Of a DNA stretch of 64,000 nucleotides, positions 58,891-64,000 are shown piece by piece. Below the pieces are notes generated by a model that saw nothing but the letters and a program-made list of their open reading frames with translations, did not search any database and was not told where the DNA came from. Within the stretch, counting starts at the first letter, position 1. Each line of letters starts with the position of its first letter. This DNA is from Planctomycetota bacterium (lineage in GTDB: Bacteria > Planctomycetota > UBA8108 > SXIK01): NCBI GenBank assembly GCA_965223265.1, contig OZ244999.1, positions 7,392,001 to 7,456,000 of the forward strand, in the 5' to 3' direction. The position numbers were made by a program, and so were the translations under genes.

Positions 58891-58915
58891 GCTCACGGCG
58901 ACTTCTGGATCTGAT

Positions 58916-59290
58916 TCTGACTCTGTCATCTGGTTCTGTATTTCTATCCGTCTCTGATTCTGTCCCGACAGTTGCATAAGTTTTCGCAGGAAGGGCTCAG
59001 AAACCCTTTCCCTGAGGTTCGATCGGCAGTCGAAGGACGTCGCGGCGGACCTCACGTTTGGTGAGGTTGACGGTGTGCCGTGTTCCCTCTCGCCCACGCA
59101 CACCCACACGCAAACGCACACGCAAACTCTCACTCAACCGCAATCGCGCACGGTCTTAAGGCGCGTCTCTTTTGCAACGTTGGGGTCTGACTCTGTAATC
59201 TGGTTCTGTATCTCTATCCGCCATCCGTCTCTGATTCTGTCTCTGACTCCGGTTCCGTCCCCGTCTCTCCCTCTGCCTCTCCCCCACCTC
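58916..59290 (+). repeat. Low-complexity spacer between B and C with a duplicated ~50-bp 6-nt-period block
   Basis: tctgactctgt(c/a)atctggttctgtat(t/c)tctatccg..tctctgattctgtc at 58916-58964 and 59186-59241. Confidence 0.8.
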
Positions 59291-59337
59291 AAAACCCGCC
59301 GCGCCAAAAAAAGCACGGCGGCCCCAAGACCCAAAGC

Positions 59338-59661
59338 TCAGCGCGTCAGCTTCCAAAGCATCGCCTGCAGCTCGTCGATGTCCGCAAGCACCGAAGCTGT
59401 CTCCTGCGCATCGACGTAGCCCCAAGCCTCAGCAACACGGAGCGCCGTACGCACCTCTTCGGCACTGCCTGAAGCGACACGCCAAAGGTGCCCGCGGTCA
59501 CGACCAGAGCGCCGATTGCCCTCGCCCAAATTCAGCGCCACGGAGGACCCCGCGTCGCGCAGCTGAGCGGCAAGCTTCGAGTCGTGACGACGCACACGCG
59601 AGACAAGCGGACGCAACTGACGAACGATACCAACAGAGTGATCCAAAGCGAGAAAGCCCAT
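59338..59661 (-). CDS. Four helix bundle protein, copy C, 107 aa
   Basis: Differs from copy A at 11 of 107 residues (counted by eye); same family signature. Confidence 0.9.
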   Translation of the reverse strand: MGFLALDHSVGIVRQLRPLVSRVRRHDSKLAAQLRDAGSSVALNLGEGNRRSGRDRGHLWRVASGSAEEVRTALRVAEAWGYVDAQETASVLADIDELQAMLWKLTR

Positions 59662-59710
59662 GAGCGACTCCAGTCAACCGGTTGAGTGAAACTCTCGCCG
59701 CACGCCCGAC

Positions 59711-59834
59711 GCGGCGGCGTTTCACCCCCGCCAACGGAAGCAGAGTCGGGGTCAAGGGCGCGAAGCGCCGAGCGCAGCGAGGGCACCCTTGAGGCCGGCT
59801 CTGCTTCGGTTACGCTCGACAATACCGCCGCCGC
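59711..59834 (-). other. Conserved nested-hairpin leader of cassette C
   Basis: Invariant core at 59752-59792; stems gaagcagag/ctctgcttc and gcggcggcg/cgccgccgc. Confidence 0.85.
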
Positions 59835-59860
59835 AAACGCCCCTTGGCGGCACACCTCTT

Positions 59861-59992
59861 CTCTGCTTCTGTCTCTGCTTCTGTCTCTGCTTCTGTCTCT
59901 GCTTCTGTCTCTGCTTCTGTCTCTGCTTCTGTCTCTGCTTCTGTCTCTGCTTCTGTCTCTGCTTCTGTCTCTGCTTCTGTCTCTGCTTCTGT
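59861..59992 (+). repeat. Perfect 12-nt tandem repeat (CTCTGCTTCTGT) x11
   Basis: Read directly from the sequence. Confidence 0.97.
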
Positions 59993-60104
59993 CTCTGTCT
60001 CCGACTCACTAGGCGTCGACGTCTGCTTGACCTCTGAATCGCGGTGAACTCCGCAGGTCAGACGGGCGCGAATGGCTGCCAGACTCGCTAGACCCAAGGA
60101 CAGG

Positions 60105-62387
60105 TCACGATGACGGATTCGGCGGCACCAACAGCCGACTACACGCGAGCTCGCACACCAACAGGATCAGCACCGCGCCGATCAAGAACGGCCAGTACTC
60201 TTGCCGGGCCGCCGCATCGACACTCACCTCGAGCGGCGTGTTCACGTTCGTCTCAACCTCGAAACCCGCAGCCTCTCGAATCGTTCTTAGCGCGTCGTCG
60301 GCGACTCGCTCGAGTCTCGACTCCGCGACTGGAAAATTCACGGCGTACCACTCGACCGCGTCTACATCGCCGAGCTCACCACCGAGGTGCGCAGCATAAA
60401 AACCCGGCGTCGCGGTGGCATTCACTCGCCCGATGAGGCGCCCTGACTCGAACTCTATTTCGAGCGCAAGCTTGGTGCCGTTCGGGTCAACGACATAGGA
60501 GGCTTCCGCACGTCGATGGGCGCTCAAGTCGAATCGCAGTGGCTCTCCGCAGGTCACATGTCGCCCAGCAAACGACCGGTGAGCAGCATGACGAACGACT
60601 TGGTGCAGTAGCGGCAGGAAGAGCGGGGTGCGCGGCAGCGGCGTCTCTAGCGGCTCAGGTGCCGACGCGAACAGAATCACCCGGCCGTCACCGTACTCCT
60701 TCTCGATCAGCCACGGACTCACTTCACCGCCGTGCGAGTTGCTGATGAGCCGTTTGGCATCAGATCTAACCTCTTCGAAGACCGTCCAGCGCAGCACCGA
60801 GACACGGTCCAGATCGCCCTGGTCCGGAGGCGTGAAGGGTGCGAGGGCAGGGTGCTCATCTGCTTCGAGTCGAAGATACCCGCTGCCACCTCCGTCCGCC
60901 TCGACACGACGCGCCAAACGCGCCGGCAGGAAACTACTCTGACGCCGAAATGCGAGCCGGTTCCACGTCTGGCGCGGCAGCTGGCCACCGCAAAACAAGA
61001 TCAAGCCACCGCCGCGACGAACAAACTCCTGCAAACGCAACATCGACGTCCGATCGAGCGTCGGCAAGTCGCAGACGACAACGACGTCGTGTCGGTCTAT
61101 GTCATCCGTCTCTAACGTCGCCGCGAATTCATGACGCAAAGCCGTCGCCGCATGTTCGGCAGCAGAGCCGTTCTCTCCAGGGCGCAGAGCCAGTTCGACG
61201 TACCGGGCAGTACCGATCTCCCGCGGCGTCGTTCCAACCACCAGAACAGAAATCGCGTCGCGGACTAGGAACAATTCGTGACGCCGATTGTCAGCAGCCA
61301 AAGCATCACCGGGAAGCTCAGCGACCAACCGAGTGACACCGCCGGCGTCGAACACGCTTTCGACGGTAGCGACACCGCGGCCTGCTGTGTCGACTGCGAC
61401 GGCCAAGTTCGACAGTTCTTTGATGTTCGTCGCGAGTCGGACACGGAGCGTGTCGCCCGCAGCCGCCCCACCAATCTGCGGTGTCGATTGAGGAAGTGCA
61501 GCCGCAGAACCTGAGCCAGCCGATGGCACCCTAGTCGACGATCGCGCCACACCGACCGTCAACTCGGTCGGTGTGGCTGCCGTCGCAGCCAGGAGTGGGG
61601 TGGACAGGTTCCACAAGAAGTGATTCGTCGCCGTCGAGGCGCCGCAGTCGATGACTCGAAGCGTAGCGAGCGGCAGCCCCTTGCTCTCGAGCTGCGCCTT
61701 CAGAAGCCTCCACTCCGAGACACGCGTCTCGTCGATCACGTTCTCCGCCAGGTCCGAGAAGACCCAGATCTCACGCTTGTCGGACGTTAGAGCACTGAGA
61801 TGAATGGACGCCTCTTCAACCGCGTCGAGCAGCGAGAAGGTAGGCCCATCAGCCGTCAAACGAGCGATGTGATCCCGCGCCTGCTCGCTGCTGACGACCG
61901 CCGTCGGAGGCCGCTGGCCGACTCCCTCCTCCGCGATCCGACCCGCACCGCTGGCCGCGAGCACGACGACCTGATCGAAGGGAGTCAACGATGCGAGGAC
62001 GTCGACGGCTCCACTCCGGGCGCGTTCGAAGCTTGTCGTACCGCTGTCGCTGTCGACGCATGTCATGCTCAGGGACGTGTCGATCACAACAAGCACGCCT
62101 CGAGTGTTTCGAGTCGAGGCAGTTGAGTTTTTGGCGAACGGCCGCATGACGGCGAGAACGACGAATAGGATGATGAGAGTTCGGATCCCGAGTAGGAGAG
62201 CTTCGAGAAGCCGCAATCTCTTGGCGTGACGGCGATGCGCTTGTAGTAAGAACCGAAAGGTCGGCCACGAGACGACGGGAGCGTGATAGCGTCGAAGGAT
62301 GAAAAAGAGCGCCGGAACGAGAACGAAAAGCAGGCACGGAAGGAGGTAGGAATTCTCGAATCGCATCGCCATCAGTTCAAACGTCAC
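60105..62387 (-). CDS. BatA-domain / vWA membrane protein (MoxR-associated)
   Basis: N-terminal BatA double TM (WPTFRFL..LLLGIRTL..RP), MIDAS IDTSLSM, FSDL, C-terminal TM YWPFL. Confidence 0.85.
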   Translation of the reverse strand: MTFELMAMRFENSYLLPCLLFVLVPALFFILRRYHAPVVSWPTFRFLLQAHRRHAKRLRLLEALLLGIRTLIILFVVLAVMRPFAKNSTASTRNTRGVLVVIDTSLSMTCVDSDSGTTSFERARSGAVDVLASLTPFDQVVVLAASGAGRIAEEGVGQRPPTAVVSSEQARDHIARLTADGPTFSLLDAVEEASIHLSALTSDKREIWVFSDLAENVIDETRVSEWRLLKAQLESKGLPLATLRVIDCGASTATNHFLWNLSTPLLAATAATPTELTVGVARSSTRVPSAGSGSAAALPQSTPQIGGAAAGDTLRVRLATNIKELSNLAVAVDTAGRGVATVESVFDAGGVTRLVAELPGDALAADNRRHELFLVRDAISVLVVGTTPREIGTARYVELALRPGENGSAAEHAATALRHEFAATLETDDIDRHDVVVVCDLPTLDRTSMLRLQEFVRRGGGLILFCGGQLPRQTWNRLAFRRQSSFLPARLARRVEADGGGSGYLRLEADEHPALAPFTPPDQGDLDRVSVLRWTVFEEVRSDAKRLISNSHGGEVSPWLIEKEYGDGRVILFASAPEPLETPLPRTPLFLPLLHQVVRHAAHRSFAGRHVTCGEPLRFDLSAHRRAEASYVVDPNGTKLALEIEFESGRLIGRVNATATPGFYAAHLGGELGDVDAVEWYAVNFPVAESRLERVADDALRTIREAAGFEVETNVNTPLEVSVDAAARQEYWPFLIGAVLILLVCELACSRLLVPPNPSS

Positions 62388-62434
62388 GCATAGAGATGAG
62401 TCGGCGGCAACGGGACCGTCAAGAGCACACCAAG

Positions 62435-63352
62435 TCAGCGCAAAGCCTGACGAGTTCGGCCTCCGCCGCGTTTTCGCAGCGCAAGGTAGCTGGACAGGGC
62501 GGCTTCAAACGGTTCGCTAGTCCAAACGGGAACGTAGTCGGCAGTTGCCGCCAAACAACCTCGTCGCAGCGCGTCCCGGTGTGCCTCAAGCTGCTCGCGA
62601 TACCAATGCGAAACCTGACGCGCGTCGAGTCGCAGCTGGATCCCCGGGGCCTCGGGGTCACAGAATCGTGCCGTGCCTTGAACGGGCAAAGTCTGCTCGC
62701 TAGGAGACATCACGTGAAAGACGATCGCCTCCCAACCGCGGTGACGCAAATCGGTCAGCGCTCGAATCAGTGGTCCCGCTTCCTCGATGAGGTCGGAAAG
62801 GACAATCGCTAGGCTCCGGCGGCGCAAACGTGATGCAACTTCTTGGAGTGCATCCGCGACTCTCGTCTCACCGTCCGGCGTCGCGTTCTCGAGTGTTTGA
62901 AAAATGGTGTTCAAATGCTGCGCCGTCGATTTTGGCGGCAAGAAGGAACGAACTCCTGTGTCGACCAGAGCGGCCCCCACCGCATCTCCTTGGCGCCGCA
63001 GCAAGAACCCGAGGGCAGCGGCTAAACACGAGGCATAGCGAAAGCGTGACAGTTCACCGGTTGGGAACCCCATAGAAGCGGAGGCATCGACGACCAGTAC
63101 GGCGCGTACATTGGTCTCGGCTTCGTATTCTTTGAGATAGTATCGATCGGTGCGTGCGAAAGTGCGCCAATCGATTTTCCGAATCTCGTCCCCAGGAACA
63201 TAGGGTCGATGGGCAGCGAACTCAGTGGACGAACCCCGTGCAGGGCTGAAGTGCACGCCGTTGAGAAACCCTTCGACAAGCGTCCGTGCAACAAGATCGA
63301 GCCGACCGAGCCGGCTAACAACAAGCGGATCTAAGAATTCGTGTGTCGCCAC
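62435..63352 (-). CDS. DUF58 domain protein
   Basis: GSSTEFAAHRPYVPGDEIRKIDW, KEYEAETN, VDASASM. Confidence 0.93.
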   Translation of the reverse strand: MATHEFLDPLVVSRLGRLDLVARTLVEGFLNGVHFSPARGSSTEFAAHRPYVPGDEIRKIDWRTFARTDRYYLKEYEAETNVRAVLVVDASASMGFPTGELSRFRYASCLAAALGFLLRRQGDAVGAALVDTGVRSFLPPKSTAQHLNTIFQTLENATPDGETRVADALQEVASRLRRRSLAIVLSDLIEEAGPLIRALTDLRHRGWEAIVFHVMSPSEQTLPVQGTARFCDPEAPGIQLRLDARQVSHWYREQLEAHRDALRRGCLAATADYVPVWTSEPFEAALSSYLALRKRGGGRTRQALR

Positions 63353-63503
63353 GGTAACCGGTTGGCCTCAGGCAGACGTCCCTGCGCCGATCGCTGTTGT
63401 CTCAGGCCACTGCACAAGGAACAGTCGTGAATCTTTCGATGCAATCGTCTCTCTCGCCGTAAACTCGTCCGACCGGGCGGGCGCGAAATGGCCAAACGCG
63501 AGA

Positions 63504-64000
63504 CTAAATATTCGACTCCCGGCTCAAATCGTCGAGCAAACGCCTCAGAATCGCACCCGCACCCATATCTTCAGCCTCTGCATTGAAATTGGTCACAAGT
63601 CGGTGCTCGAGAACTGGCAATGCGAGCGCTTCGATGTCTTCCGTCGCGACGTGAACACGACCATGGAGCAACGCGCGCACCTTGGCGCAGTGAATAAGAC
63701 TCTTCGCGGCACGCGGACCGACTCCCCATGAAACGTATTCACGCACGTAGTCCGGAGCACCGACCTGTTCTGGTCGCGTGCCACGAACAAGCCGCAGCGC
63801 GAAGTCATAAACGTGATCACCAACAGGAACGAGTGGAGCCAATGATTGGATCGAAAGAATCTGCTCGGCATCGAGCACTTGGCTCACCTCAATCGTGTCG
63901 GGATCTTTGGTTTGCTTCATGATCTCGAGCTCTTCGTCTTCGCTCGGATATCCCAAACGCAGCCCGAGCAGGAAACGATCGAGCTGCGCTTCGGGCAAGT
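63504..64000 (-). CDS. moxR: MoxR family AAA+ ATPase (C-terminal part, truncated by the window)
   Basis: LPEAQLDRFL, GYPSEDEE, WGVGPRA, ALPVLEHR; directly upstream of DUF58. Confidence 0.92.
   Translation of the reverse strand, partial: LPEAQLDRFLLGLRLGYPSEDEELEIMKQTKDPDTIEVSQVLDAEQILSIQSLAPLVPVGDHVYDFALRLVRGTRPEQVGAPDYVREYVSWGVGPRAAKSLIHCAKVRALLHGRVHVATEDIEALALPVLEHRLVTNFNAEAEDMGAGAILRRLLDDLSRESNI

Noticed and set aside
3115-59661. Diversity-generating retroelement (Avd-like genes plus a CLec/FGE-sulfatase potential target)
   Set aside because: No reverse transcriptase is present, and I noticed no template-repeat copy of the kinase 3' end in the window; the two parts are more than 44 kb apart. 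An RT or TR elsewhere in the genome cannot be excluded.

Overview
GC-rich bacterial chromosomal window, probably from a Planctomycetota member. This is inferred from a DISD-type dockerin protein, an ECF-sigma/Ser-Thr-kinase pair and a MoxR-DUF58-BatA-vWA-DUF4175-prenyltransferase-repeat cluster. About 45 CDS were called, mostly housekeeping, signalling and transport genes (moaA, sigma54 activator, gcvR-like, rpiB, FAH, Gfo/Idh/MocA, SPL-like radical SAM, polX, ABC exporter pair, nucleoside permease, HU, HD-GYP, GGDEF, rsmB-like, dgoK, aas). No rRNA, tRNA, CRISPR, transposase or reverse transcriptase was seen. Three non-coding features stand out. (1) Three copies of a small cassette at 50.1-51.1 kb and 57.5-60.0 kb. 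Each has a 107-aa four-helix-bundle (Avd/23S-IVS-like) gene preceded by a ~130-nt nested hairpin with a 100% invariant 41-nt core and covarying outer stems. Each sits among 6/11/12-nt-period simple repeats, and one adjoins a 5x115-bp array; two copies lie where the MoxR operon is broken. This is a candidate undescribed mobile or regulatory element. (2) A candidate sigma54-dependent ~100-nt sRNA (enhancer palindrome, -24/-12 box, hairpin, terminator) directly behind a GAF-GAF sigma54 activator. (3) Two copies of a ~180-bp fully palindromic MITE-like element. All family assignments come from motif recognition by eye, not from database searches.
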